The notes below the pieces were generated by a model. The model was not told where the DNA came from and did not search any database. It was given only the letters and a program-made list of their open reading frames with translations. Made by a program: the position numbers and the translations under genes. A stretch of DNA of 64,000 nt from Octopus bimaculoides (Eukaryota): NCBI RefSeq assembly GCF_001194135.2, contig NC_068984.1, forward strand, positions 15,047,058 to 15,111,057. Reading direction: 5' to 3'. Below are positions 50,318 to 64,000 of the stretch, piece by piece (positions within the stretch are counted from its first letter, which is position 1; each line of letters opens with the position of its first letter).

Positions 50318-52935
50318 ATGCGCGAGTGCATATATGTGTGTGTATTTATGAAATCATATTTCCCATGGGTTCATTGGTTTGTAAACAATGGCTTCTTGAT
50401 GGTGTCCTTTGCTTTCAGTCCAACCAAAATGCATGTCTGGCCTCCTTCACAAATTGCACCATCTTTATAAACAGAAGGCTCACTCATTCAGAGATGTTTC
50501 TTTCTAATTCTCTGTGTAAGACATGTCCAGGCTGTCAGTTATTCGATAGACTGGGAGATTATTATTTTGCTTGGAAATAAGTGGATTCTAGTAACAGGAA
50601 GAGCATCTGGATACAGAAAAACTCTACCTCGATGCACACACGTCTGTCCTATGCAAGCATGAAAAGGTAAATGTTAAAACAATGATGATGGTTTTTCTTT
50701 CATAAATCTTGTTTAGAATCTAGATTTTATACTGATGCACCAAAATATTTATTACCTTGGATTCTGTTTCCATGAGACAACGTGACTGGCTTTGGAACAG
50801 ATAAGAACGGTTGACAAATAGAATTTGATAATCTTTTTTATTTTCATTCTTACATGAATCTCTTTCAGGATCCTTTGATCCTCTTCAAGTCATAATTGTT
50901 TTTTGTTTTGTTGTTTTTCTACCAAACCTAATATTTTTTTTTCTTCGGTTCTCAACAAACAGCTTTAGCAGCAATGAATGCACAAACCAAGTTAACCATA
51001 TGAGAGGAGTCATGACTGTTGGCATTTCAGAAATCAATACTTTTATTACAAATGTATTTTGGACTGTCCCCGTTTTAATACAAGAAACAAATTAAAATGC
51101 ATTAGGTTAAAAAAAGAAACATGACTCGAATCTATAAATGAGTCAGGTGATATTGTATAAAAAGTCTTCTCTCATAAAATAAAAACTTGCTTGCAGGTTA
51201 TGTTGTTTTGACGAACCATATTCTAAAGAACACAAAAATTATACTTTCTAGGAAGAAAATGTAACGAAATACTAAAATTTTATAGCCTGAGTAGTTTTAT
51301 TACTGTAATCAAGTGAAACCCTAAAATTTGAAGTTTGCTTATAATATTTTAGAAGACAAAATGGGCATTACTAAATATAACTTTCTGAGGAAATTGGAGG
51401 AACATTACAAGATTAGAACGAAGTAAAGCAAAAATTATTTTTAATAATTGTAAAAATAATTAAGTTTTATTTATAGTACACAGTTTGCAGATATGCAAAT
51501 CATTTAGAAAAATGAGTTCAAACTTTATTTTTTTCTAATTTAATTTAGCAATAAATATTGTGTTTTTTTACATTTGAGATACAGAGTTAATGAGAAAAAT
51601 ACTGAAACCAACTTTCACTTATTTGGAACTAGTAGAGTAGTTGATGGTAAGAAAGATATCCAGTTATAGAAACCATGGAATGTATGAACAAAACAGATTC
51701 TGCAAGCCATACTGCAGGTTATATGATTAGGAGGACAGTAACTTCAAATAAGAACTAACAGAAGGCTGAGGGGGCTCTTTAACCCTTCCATAGGGATCAA
51801 TTGGTTTAGTTCTGGTAACATGATAAAATACATGCAGTCTACACTGTAATCTATACAAAACAAAAAAGCATATCAGTTTTCTTTGTGGCTGTGTGTGATA
51901 GAGGATGAAAACTACAACAGAAGAGACAGACCTATCTAACTCATGCCAGCATGGAACAACAAATATAATGAAATGATGACAATAAAGAAGAGGAGGAGGG
52001 GGAGAGGGCAGAGGAGGAGGGTAACAACAGCAATAATAATGGCAACAAGAGTGATGATCAAATAAATAATATTCTAGTCATATTAGTCAGCAGTATCAAT
52101 AATATTTCCTAATTGTTATATTGGTATAAAAATGAAATTCCTTGTTCACCAATTTTCAAATTTGAAATTTTAATTTTTTTTTAAACTTTGCATAAATTAA
52201 GTTTTTGATATCAACCAATCACATTATTTGAAATGGCTTAAACCAAACATGCGTAAACTATGGAATGACTTTAATAGTTTAGCATTCAGATTACTCTGTC
52301 AAATGTAATGCTTGTTTATTCACATTGTTTCAAATTAATCATGCATTATCTTGCAGCTTTGAGATTCCAGTGGTGTCACTGTTTATTTTCAGAATGACAT
52401 TGTAGGTAGATGTGAAAGGTTGGATCTGGCAGGTTTGAACATAAAACAGGTGGAATATTTGGGTTGGTTATGGCTGGTTTAAATGCTAAATGGTTACAGT
52501 AGTCTTAGATTCTACTTGATATTAATTTTAAGGGATAATTTTAATTCTATGGTTATATTATTACAAAAATATGCAAATCTTTCATATTGAAAACTAGACA
52601 ATATTTCTGACACTGCAGGTGTCATAACAGATCTTTCTCCATCTAAGCTCCAGTATATTGGAAAATTCTTTCTTATTTCTTTATTGCCCACAAGGGGCTA
52701 AACATAGAGGGGACAAACAAAGACAGACAAAGGGATTAAGTCAATTACATCAGCCCCAGTACGTAACTGGTACTTAATTTATCAACCCCGAAATGATGAA
52801 AGGCAAAGTCGAACTCGGTGGAATTCGAACTCAGAACATAACGGCAGATGAAATACCACTAAGCATTTTGCCCGGCATGCTAACATTTCTGCCAGCTCAC
52901 CGCCTTCTTGGGATATTCTTGGAATATTCTTTCTG

Positions 52936-53165
52936 TTAACCCTTTCTTCACCCACCCAGCTGAAACCAGCTTTGGCTCTGTAAAACTAATGTTTTGTTTT
53001 CATAAGTCTTGAATTAAAATCTTCCACCAAACCTTAGTCACAATTTATGTTCCTAACACTAGCTTAATGATAACCAAGTTATTTTATTAAATCCTTTGTT
53101 ATATTTAAAATTATTTGAAAGAAACTCAGAGCATCTCAACAGAAATATGGTAATGAAAGGGTTAA
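52936..53165 (+). mobile_element. Single TTAA MITE (6-kb family)
   Basis: TTAACCCTTT...GAAAGGGTTAA. Confidence 0.85.
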
Positions 53166-54109
53166 TGTTTGGTTATGTCACTCAATATATTCAAATGTCA
53201 TATGGTGTTCATGTCGTTAAACCCTGAATCAGCCCTGGCTGAGAAGACCTATGATCATAGGCATTCCAACCATGACTTGTCCATTTTTCATTCTTGAACT
53301 ACATAGTCCAATATGTCCTTCTCTTTTTAAGGTGGTGGGTGTGATTTGAATGGTATTTAGCTGGTATTTCTAGCTGGACAAGCAACCATACAGAAACTAC
53401 CTCGTTAACTGAAAACATCACACGAACCACCTATAATTTCTACCTATTTGAGAATCAAAATCAACTGCATTCAGGCATCATTCTTTTGATCTCAAGTGAA
53501 TTCTGTTTCTTCAAAAAGCTACAAATCAATCATTCTAAGATAAGTAATATTGGTATTCTATAAATATATTGTTATTTAGTCATTGAAAAACATTCTCACT
53601 AGTTCAAAATACAAAACAAAAATGGATAAAAACAGAGACATTTTCCCTTACTATGTTGATTTCAGATATGAGATCAACTTATAGAATTAAGATAAAAAAT
53701 TTTATCTGAGTTTCAGTTAATTTGTGACAAACTCTTCTAGTTCATTGTGTGTGTGGAGGGGGCATGCCCATGTGTGTGCACATGTTTGCAAGCACTTCCT
53801 AAACCATATAGACTAAGAGATATAGTTTCTGTTTTTGAGGTGTGTTACATAAACAAGAAATACTTCAAAAAGTTTTATTCAGCAATTCAAGTCTTCCGCC
53901 ATTCCTGTTGTCATATTTTTTCTTCTTCTTTTTGACAGTGGAGCCAACACATGTACACTGAGGTTGAGATTACACACATACACACAACTGCACTAAAGCT
54001 GATATCAGATTCAAAACATATTAGAGATAAACATACATGCACCATGTTGACATTACACACAAAGATATATGTGCACTGTGGTTAATATTATGTTTAAAAC
54101 AAATATCGG

Positions 54110-54700
54110 TAAGCTGACAGAATTGTTAGTACACCAGGCGAAATGCTTGGTGGTAATTTTGTCTGTCTTTACATTCGGAGTTCAAATTCCACCGAGGTCA
54201 ACTTTGCCTTTCATCCTTTTTGGAGGTCAATAAAATTAAGTACCAGTGAAATACTGGGGTATATGTAATTGAAAAGAATATTGTGTTTAAAACAAATATT
54301 GGTGAGCTGACAGAATCGATAATGAGTTGGACAAGATGTTTAGTCGCACTTCTTCTGGCTGCTTATTTTCTGAGTTCAAATTCAGCCAAGGTCAACTTTG
54401 CCTTTCATCCTTTCAGGGTTGATAAAATAAGTACCAGTAATCGACTTACTCGCTCCCTGAAATCGCTGGCCTTGTGCCAAAATTTGAAACCAATATCAAG
54501 GCAGCGAGCTGGCAGAATTGTTAGCACACTGGGTGAGATGTTTAGTGGCATTTCATCCATCTTTACGTTCCGAGTTCAAATTCTGCTGATGCCGACTTTG
54601 CCTTTCATCCTTTCGGGGTCAATGAAATAAGTACCAGTGGAACAATGGGGTTGATGTAATTGACTTAACCCCTTCCCCTAAAATTACTGGCCTTGTAACT
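54110..54700 (+). mobile_element. Cluster of three tandem family A SINE copies
   Basis: Three successive gagctg.cagaat...gttcaaatt...ttgcctttcatccttt units. Confidence 0.8.
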
Positions 54701-54729
54701 TGGAATATTTTTGATAAAAAAAACAGTCA

Positions 54730-55408
54730 ATATAGGCACAAACTTTGCAAGAGACAAGCACACACCTGTACATCATCTATGCTAAAAGGCAAACTTTTGG
54801 ATTCCACAAAGTGATAAAAATCAATGGATGCTAGGATAGTAAAAGCAATTATAAAACTATGAAAGAGAAAATCGTGAAGAAGCAAAACTAATTCTGAAGG
54901 AAGCAGCAACAACAGCATTTTCTCTTCCAGGGTTATGTATAATATGTCAAAATTGTATTCAGACAATTCCATTTGCCAACATACCAGTTTATTATTTCTA
55001 ACCTTTGATGAAAGCTGGTTTTTGAGAATAAAAGTAAATAGCTGCATGATTTGTTAATAGTTGAAAAGCTTTGGCAATTAATGTTTCCCCTTTCTGACAC
55101 TTTCAATGGTGGGTAAGGCTTTCCAGTGTAAGCAAAAGTGTTGCAGTTATGTCCTTGATAAATAGGACAATTATTTTGCTGCCACCATGGAGGTATCAGT
55201 TCAAAGTACAAATATTCCAGATTCATCAACTCTTCTAAGTGTAGCCTTGAGAACAAAGACTTGCTGCTATTAAAATCACATTTTTGTGATTCTGTTAAAA
55301 GGTTAATGGGAAATTGATGAAAATAGCTTTACATTATCTGAATCCACCTGGAATATTATGAGAACATTACAAGCAACCTTTAAAGTGATATTATTATTAG
55401 TATTATTA

Positions 55409-55448
<40 letters not shown>

Positions 55449-55900
55449 GAGAGTGATAGTGCCTCAATGCTTCTAACCTTTCTGGATCTAGCTTTAGAAT
55501 TCTACAAGAAATTTTATATCCCAGAAAATGGATAGTTTGCATGTTATATGTACACACTTATTTCCTTCCAAATATTAAACTTATCTAAATTTTGGTTTAT
55601 GTTCCTCTATATTTCTTCAACATATGATCATATCATCAATATTAGAAAATATCTTATTTAAACGATTAGCAGTTATTATGTTATCAATTATTCTTTGAGA
55701 GGTAACTACAGCATTCCTCAACCCAAAAGAAATTTTTATAAAACTGACAATTTTCCATTATTTTTAAATCATGCTGCAACAGGGTTGATCATCGATATAC
55801 ACTGTGACTTAGGCCTGTTTAAAGTCAAACCGGCTCAAAAAAATTATATTTTGAGATGTTATTTGCCAAAGTTAAAATTAAAGTTAATGGATGTTCATTT
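54730..55900 (-). mobile_element. Heavily decayed Ty3/Gypsy pol (RT, RNase H, start of integrase)
   Basis: Broken-frame motifs in Gypsy order: FDFKQAY, KISFGLRNAVVTSQRIIDNII, NIDDMIIC..NIEEH, IHFLGYKIS...LDPERL, VDESGIFVL*TDTS, WQMELSEYNFDI..PGRENAV, HFVESKSLPFSIDDV. Interrupted by (AAT)n at about 55388-55447. Confidence 0.85.
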
Positions 55901-57000
55901 GGAGAAGCTGATTAACTACTCAGGAGTAAGGTAACAGCATTTTTAGTTTATTAGAATTTTTCAGAATTAGAATTTGGACACGTCATGGAGAAACATTCCC
56001 CCTGTTAACTCCCCTTTCAGTAATGCATGGCTTAGCTTAACAATTTTTCTCAAAACCCTTAAACATTTGAAGAGGGTCTATAAGCATACAAGTTGTTAGT
56101 CCTCAAATTGAGAATGCAGGTACCAACTGCCTGAGACCATTCTTGGTCCTATGATATAAGCATCCTCTTTTGAAGTTATCTAAATTAAAATATTTCATCA
56201 AAGTTTCTGGTTAACTCATGTTCCAAAAACAAGTTAAATGAGTGGAAATCAAACCAGAATTAATTGAAAACAAAAAGCAGAGCATTTCAACTGAAACAGT
56301 AACAAAGGAGTTAATATTCACGCTTTCGTTAAGCACCATAACACTTTGAGTAATACAAATAAAAGATCATCCATTGTTGAAAATTTGATATTATCATTTT
56401 AGATATTGTCATTAAGAATAACAGTATAGTTACAAATAGCAAAATCTTGAATTACTTTCTTGTGTGTTTAGGAAGCAATAGTAATTGTAACAGTAGATTT
56501 AATATGTAATTTCATATTAATGATAAAATGCCATGCAAATAAAACTTCCAGTTTTTTCCTGAATGAAGTGAGGTGTCAACATTTATATTATTTATTATAG
56601 TTGTTAAGGCAGTGAGCTAGCAGAAACGTTAGCACACCGGGTGAAATGCTTAGCAGTATTTCGTCTGCTGCTACATTCTAAGTTCAAATTCTGCCTAGTT
56701 GCAAATGAAGGACACCACTGTGTGATGGTGATGCTCGTTTACAACTAGTACACGTTATCAAGACAAGGAGACACAAACATATATATATATTGAGTTGGAT
56801 TGGATTGCTCTTGTTCAGTCCACTGCAGAACAAGGGCCTCAGCAGGTTCTCTTCATCAGAGAATGGCTTGAGATCATACTGGTTTGATGAATCTACTCTG
56901 TCACATGGCTCGACATGACTCGGGCAGAGGGATGCAGTTTTGTTTTTTTATATATTCACACTCAGTAGTTAAGGTCAATTACATCATCATCATCATCACC

Positions 57001-58492
57001 ATTGCTTTATCTACCAAGGTACTGTCAATTCAGGAAGCTGTCCATCAACTGGGTCAACTGGACTCTCCTCCTCCCATTTATTCTCTACATTCAGTAGTCT
57101 TTCATAATGGCATTTCCAAGCCTCTTTCTTTGCAAAATCACTAAATGCAAATGTACCATCATCCATGTGGACACATTTCTCTCTTATGACATCACAATTT
57201 TTCTCACACAGTCTTGCAATCCGGAACACTTTGATTCTTTGGTCCTCATGTCACTGATCATAGGCAAACTTCCTCTTTCTGCTTCTCCCTTGACTAGATA
57301 TACCTGTCTCCTAGCTTACCTTCTGGTTATCTGATACAGTTCCTTGCTACCCCCACTTCTCCAGATCTTCCAGTCCTGTTTCTTTGCTCTAATGGCCCTA
57401 TCCATGGCAAAGTTCCACCACTATGTTACCCTAGGTCTGGTTGGGATTTTGCACCACCCACAAATTTGGTCTGTGGCACTCAGCAAGCTGTCCCACAGGA
57501 ATTCCTGGTTGCCCTCTATGTCACAAGTTTGTAGCTCTTCCTCCCTCTCATCAAATTTCTCAATTAGGATGTCCCTAAATCTCTGACCATATGCAGGGTC
57601 CTTAAGCTTCCAAATCCTTCTTTTGCAGATTGGTCTGCTTCTTGGCATCCTACTAGCCTGGAATCTAAAGTCACTGATGACTAGGCTATGCTGGTGGGTA
57701 CATCCTTCACCAAGGAGGGTCTTTGTATTTAAGAGCAACCATGCATCCTGCTGCCTGGTGAGAATGTAATCAATCTGGCTAATGTATCTACCTGATTGGT
57801 AGGTTATCAGGTGGCCGGTCGAGTTCCTGAAGTTGGTGTTGCAGATCAATAGGTTATTTGCGTCACAGAACTCGAGTAGCCTTCTTCCCTCTTTGTTTTG
57901 GGAACCAATTCTTTGGCACCCATGTACACCAAGGAAAATACCGAGCTACCATCCAACATGCCCATTGAAATCCCCAGCCACAAAGATGAGATCCTTGTCA
58001 TTCATCTTAGAGATAGCCTAAAGATGAATATCATAAAAGTGGTCCTTCTGTTCATTTGGTAGGCCTGCTTGTGGGGCATAAGCAGAGACAATTGACACTA
58101 TGCTATTTTGCAAGACTTGCCTGAGCTTAAGCACTCTACTGCACAATCTGACCACCTTCTATGACCTTATCCATCAATTTCCCTGTTAGAAGTATTCCCA
58201 CACCACCTACCCCATCACTATTACCTTCCCAGAAGATTTTATATCTATGTGTCTTCCCTGTGAGGAACCTGGCTGAAGCTCCTCTATACCTTACCTCTTG
58301 GATACAGCATACGACGACATGCCTCCGTTCAAGCATCTCAACAATCTTGCTAGACCTACCTTTCAATGTGCCTACATTGAGAGTGCCAACCCTGAGAACT
58401 GGGAAAGGGGCACTGGGGTGGGGGTAACATGGGCAGGAGAGATGGTATTGGGCACTTGGTAGACAAGAAATACTTCTAAAAGTCTGTTTCAA
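57001..58492 (-). mobile_element. RTE-clade LINE 5' part (AP endonuclease + linker), RT missing
   Basis: LRVGTLNVGTLKGRS...VCCIQEVRYRG..GVGGVGILL; NT.F....HLITY.SG...SQIDYIL; QH.LVISD; W..H.E.LLN.EN. Multiple stops and frameshifts. Confidence 0.9.
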
Positions 58493-60229
58493 TAATTTGA
58501 GTATCTCATTATTCCTGATGTTTTATTATTTGACTGTCAAACTGAAACATACACACCATGGCTGATATCACATTTAAAACATTACACATATACAAAAGAC
58601 AAACTTCACATCTCATAACATGGTGGGCTTCAAAAACAACAACGGAATAAACAAAATGAGAAAAACTATTTTAATAGTCTTACTTTCTTATCTCCATGCA
58701 TGCATAAGCAAATGATTAAAGTGACTTTCTTTTATAGTATGAATCATGAATTTAACTGCCAAAACAATGAATTCTTGATATTTATGCTTAACATTTTTGT
58801 ATTATTTCTATTTGTTATTAAATTCTCATTGCACTTTTCATATTATGCTATTATTTATGTACTTTACTTTAATATGTTGTTATATGAATAATTTCCCTAA
58901 TGAAATTTCCTCTATATCTGACTGAGAAAGGATTACAGCTGTCTCCAGCCACATTTTTCAGCCCTATACAGATGCTTGTAAAGCATCTGTAGTAATATCT
59001 TCATTGTTTAGAACTATGCCAGCACTGGTGTGATCTAACCATGACCATCATGTCCTTTTTTGTTCAAACATTATATCAAAAACCACATTATCAAACTTGC
59101 TCTTTTTAAAGATACTGAAGTATGATATGAGGGAGAACCGGATGCTATTTCTAGCAGGTTCAGTGACTTACTACAAGTTAGGGTCTTTGTAAAAGCTTAT
59201 CTATTCAAACTGCTTTGTCAAAGCAAAATTGTTTAACAAAATAGTCATTAGTTGATCACATTTATATGAATTCAAGAAAGCACAGAACTAAATATACAGC
59301 TTTTTACCCTCCTGTGTTCCCATGAATCTCTTGAGACTACAAATCTGCATCTGGAAAATTTCTCTCCGAGGGGCAGGCCTAGACAAGATAACAAGACATT
59401 TGTTTTTTTTTTTATGGAAGACTAGCAGTTGTTCATGTATGCCTTTTCCACATGTCTGATGTTGTCCATGGAATGATAAGAGCCAATACAACATGGTGCC
59501 AGTATAGTTGCAGATATTACTGTCAGTATTGCAAAGAATCCAGAATAGACCACCACCAAGTATTCCATGAAATGCTCTAACAATTTTGTCATTCTGCTGC
59601 CCTAGAATGGTATGTTATGAATGGATCCAAAAATAATCAAAGGCAAATTTAACTTTGGTAGGATTTTAACTCAGAGTGCAGAAACTAGAGACAAATAAAC
59701 ATTCTAGCTGACACCCAATCAATTCTTCGGTGGGGGGAGGGGGAGGAGGATTCCACTCAGTATGTAGCTTGCTCAACAGCGAATTGTACATTTTAGAAAC
59801 ATTTCTAGATTTCACAGACCCTAAACTTGCCAATAATTCTATGTTCTCAACTACTACAAAGGATATCAAAAAAAAAAAAAAGGCTTCAAATGAAAGAAAA
59901 TCTGGAAGTTGGATTAGGCATCCCAAAATGATTAAAAAAAAAAATATAAAGACACAGAAATGATATAATACTGTGCATGTAATCATATTCTATATGTAAT
60001 CATTGCAATGATATAATCAATATTACTGAGAGATAATAGAATGGATTCTCATTCTCGAACGCCCACCAAATGATTTACTGAATAACTACCCTCCCTTTCT
60101 CTCCTTTTTATTTTACCATTTCAATCTCTCTCTAACTTTCTTCTTTCCTTCTTCCTTCTAATATATATGTGTATATGTGTGAGTGCATATATATATATAT
60201 ATATATATAACTTGCTCCCNNNNNNNNNN

Positions 60230-60288
<59 letters not shown>

Positions 60289-61309
60289 ATTTCTTTCAAT
60301 CAATGGACTGTGACCATACTGGATCACCACCTTCAAGGATTTAATCAATAATATTACAAATACACACACGCATACAACGTTTATTATATCAGCACAGTCC
60401 ATCAAACTTTGATACTGTAAACATATCTGTCCACCCTGCCCAATGTACTGAGTTTTCTATGTCAGATGTTATTTGCACTTAGCAAAATATATTATAAACT
60501 AGCTGGCCCTGTACTGTCAAAAATGATGTCTTTTTGTAGTATTTTATATATAACTATGGATTGTAAATCAAATTAACACCCTTGTCAATGTTCAGATACA
60601 TTCACATACTTTCCTTGTACACATACACACATATACTCACACGGAGTTGAAACGCTGTTTGATTTTTCTTTTCAGCATTGAATGTTCACCATCCCACTAC
60701 CAGTTTGCCATCACCCCTTCCTTTCTCATTCATATGTTGTGATGGAGAAAAACACAAGAGCATTATTATAGTAGATTCTATACTGTTACAATATACATAT
60801 CATATGGTGGCGAGCTGACAGAAACGTTAACATGCCAGGTGAGATGCTTAGCGGTATTTCATCTGTCTTTACATTTTGAGTTCAAATTCCGCTGAAGTCG
60901 ACTTTGCCTTTCATCCTTTCAGGGTCAATAAATTAAGTACCAGTTGCGTACTGAGGTTGATCTAATCGACTGGTACCCCCTCTCCAAAAATTTCGGGCTT
61001 TGTGTCTAGTGTAGAAAAGAATATATATCATCATCATCATCATCATAGCATTAAAGTCTACTTTTCTTTACCTGATTAGACCAGACAGAATTCATTGAGG
61101 CAAATTTTTTAGAGCTTGATGCTCTTCCAAGAAATAAAAGAATGACTTATTCAGGTGTGTGTGTGTGTGTGTGTGTTTGTATGTGTGTATTTCTCCATGA
61201 TTGGACATGTTTTCTTAGAAGATTGGAAATGGGTGGACACTGCTTGTACAATGGCGATGCTCATTTACAACAACCACACATGTCAAGACTGGCACTCCAT
61301 GATCATGAT

Positions 61310-61595
61310 GATGGGGGTTCCGGCTGATCCAATCAACGGAACAGCCTGCCTGTGAAATTAACATGAAAGTGGCTGAGCACTCCACAGACACACATACCCT
61401 TTATGAAGCTCTCAAGGAGGTTCAGCCTGACACTGAATGTGACAAGGCTGGCTTTTTAAATAACAGGCACTACTCACTTTTGCCAGCTGAGTGAACTGGA
61501 GCAACGTGAAATAAAGTGTCTTGCTCAAGAACACAATAACCACTGGGGATGGAACTCATGACCATATGATTATGAACTGACTATCGTAACCACTT
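61310..61595 (-). mobile_element. tRNA-derived SINE, family F (shares its 3' half with family E)
   Basis: Reverse head gtggttacgatagtcagttc...gagttccatcccc, core ttgagcaagacactttatttcacgttgctccag, tail matching 32640-32800. Confidence 0.7.
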
Positions 61596-62374
61596 CGCCA
61601 CATACTCTCACAATTGCTCACTCACAAGAATTTGGTAGGCCTGGGACTATGGTAGAAGATTCTTGCCCAAGGTACTACACTGTAGGATTGAACCTGAAAC
61701 CATGTGGTTGGGAAGCAAATATTTTAACCACATAACCATGCAATACCTGCATGCATGTATCTGTGTCAACAACTAATGCATCATCTATGATTTAATTTAA
61801 TTAAATTGTATTCATAATTTTTGGGATATCTTTACATACTCCAATAGTTTTAGGACAATATGAAGAAGAACGAGATGAAATGAGCTGAGACAGAAATAAG
61901 CTTATAGGAAAGAAGAAAGTAAGAAAACCTATTTAAAGGCAGTTGTGAAGGTAGGGAGAACTGGAGGGGAAGAGGATAAGTGGCATTAGAAAAATTAATT
62001 CCAAAAATTAAAAGATTTATGAACAGTAAGTGGCATGTGGGATACGATACTAAAGCGTAGAATTTAGAGGAGAAAAAAAGAGGCTGCCATCAGCAAGTAC
62101 TTTCTAACAACTTGGTTCTCTTTCTCTCGCTTTCTCTCTTCCTCTCTCTCTCTCTCACACACACACACACAACTGCATATCCATATGCAGAGAGATAGAG
62201 AGAGGGGGGGTCACTTATTCATTAGATTGTTTCATTACATTACATTATAACCTGCAGGATTTTTTTTTCAATCTTACAAGTCTTCCAGTATTTTCAAAGT
62301 TACCAGTTCATTAACAAGCCCCTACAAACACACACAAACACACGTATGCATACACACACACCTGAATAAGTTGT

Positions 62375-62581
62375 TCTTTTATTCGTTTCAGCCATTTGAC
62401 TGCTGCCATGCTGGAGCACCGCATTTAGTCAAACAAATCGACCCCAGAACTTATTCTTTGTAAGCCTAGTACTTATTCCATTAGTTTCTTTCACCGAATT
62501 GCTAAGTTACAGAGACGCAAACACACCAACATCGGTTGTCAAGCAATGGAGGAGGACAAACATGGACACACAAACCTATAC

Positions 62582-62658
<77 letters not shown>

Positions 62659-62812
62659 CAACAAGCCTTTTTCAGTTTCTGTCTACCAAATCCACTCACA
62701 AGGCTTTGGTCAGCCCAAGGCTATATAGTAGAAGACACTTGTCCAAGATGCCACGCAATGGGAATGAACCCAGAACCATGTGGTTGGGAAGCAAGCTACA
62801 TACCACACAGCC
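62375..62812 (-). mobile_element. SINE family B
   Basis: Reverse copy with long (TA)n. Confidence 0.85.
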
Positions 62813-63354
62813 AATAAAAATTAAAATTCCAGTTATAAATTTTACAATAAATATACCTCTACTTTCAGTATTCAGTCTCTCCATCAGTAAATGTTTCCCT
62901 GATATTTTAAAAATTCCTTTAACCTTTTAGCATTCAAACCAGCCTTATCCGGCCCAAATATTCTGTTTTATGTGTACACCATCCAAATCTGGCCTCCCAC
63001 ACTTACACTACGACATCATTCTCAAGACGAACAATTACATTGTCAAAATCTTGAAGCCACTAAGTAATCCATACTTAATTCAAAACAATGTCAATAAATA
63101 AATAATACATTTGACCGAATAATCTGGACGTTAATGGGTCAAGTAACAATCTTAAATAAAGAACCGTCAAATAAACATGCACACCACACACACACACACA
63201 CGCACACACATGCACACAAACACACACACACACACATTCTTTTACTGGTCCCTATCATTGAAATGCAGCCATGCTGGAGCACTGTCTTTAGGGTTTTTTA
63301 GTCATATCAACCCTGGTGCAAGTTTCATTTAGCCTGGTTCTTATTTATTTCTTA

Positions 63355-64000
63355 TTTCTTTATTGCCCACAAGGGGCTAAACATAGAGGGGACAAACAAG
63401 GACAGACAAAGGGATTAAGTCGATTACATTGACCCCAGTGCGTAACTGGTACTTATTTAATCGACCTCAAAAGGACGAAAAGCTAAGTCGACCTTGGCGG
63501 AATTTTAACTCAGAACGTAGCGGCAGACGGAATACTGCTAAGCATTTCGCCCAGCGTGCTAACGTCTTTGCCAGCTCACCGCCTTATTTATTTCTATTAC
63601 TCAAATAAATAAACAAACATATCTTGTTATATCTTGGGAGGATCATTATGCCAATAATAATAAACACATAAAGGCGTCGAGCTGGCCGAAACGTCAGCAT
63701 GCTAGGCGAAATGCTTAGCGGTATCTTGTCTGTCTTTACATTCTGAGTTCAAATTCCGCCGAGGTCGACTTTGCCTTTCATCCTTTCGGGGTCGATAAAG
63801 TAAGTACCAGTTACGCACTGGGGTCGATGTAATCGACTTAATCCCTTTGTCTGTCCTTGTTTGTCCCCTCTGTGTGTAGCCCCTTGTGGGCAATAAAGAA
63901 ATAAGAAACGTTAGCACGCCGGGCGAAATGCTTAGCAGTATTTCGTTTGTCTTTACGTTCTGAGTTCAAATTCTACCGAGGTCAACTTTGCCTTTCATCC
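63355..64000. mobile_element. Young family A SINE cluster: minus copy (about 63355-63585), plus copy (63672-63907) and a tandem 5'-truncated copy running off the window
   Basis: CpG-rich, near-consensus copies in head-to-head and tandem arrangement. Confidence 0.9.

Noticed and set aside
50284-50580. 98-aa plus-strand ORF
   Set aside because: Starts in a (GT)n tract, has no domain features and no splice signals.

Overview
AT-rich, gapped, repeat-dominated animal genomic DNA. The SINE/LINE repertoire and microsatellite load suggest an octopod cephalopod (inference; no database search was possible). Most ORF-track entries are microsatellite or repeat artefacts. One real multi-exon gene was reconstructed by hand on the minus strand. 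Four well-supported exons (48055-47983, 46887-46622, 30855-30723, 27615-27370) have canonical splice sites and matching phases and encode signal peptide + one divergent CUB-like domain + TM helix + cytoplasmic tail with a TQT motif. Two candidate downstream exons (13905-13861, 5149-5100) would complete a 270-aa type I membrane protein spanning about 43 kb. Introns and flanks carry several tRNA-headed SINE families, RTE LINE fragments, three R4/Dong-like 3' ends in (AAT)n runs, a decayed Ty3/Gypsy pol, TTAA (piggyBac-type) MITEs, two hAT MITEs with 8-bp TSDs and a mariner derivative. The most notable non-coding finding is a Penelope-type terminal repeat with a minimal hammerhead ribozyme fold (4 copies, 2 intact); in one locus it is fused to a tRNA-like Pol III head in a head-to-head palindrome. 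Repeat boundaries are approximate (+/-10-20 nt) unless a TSD is given.
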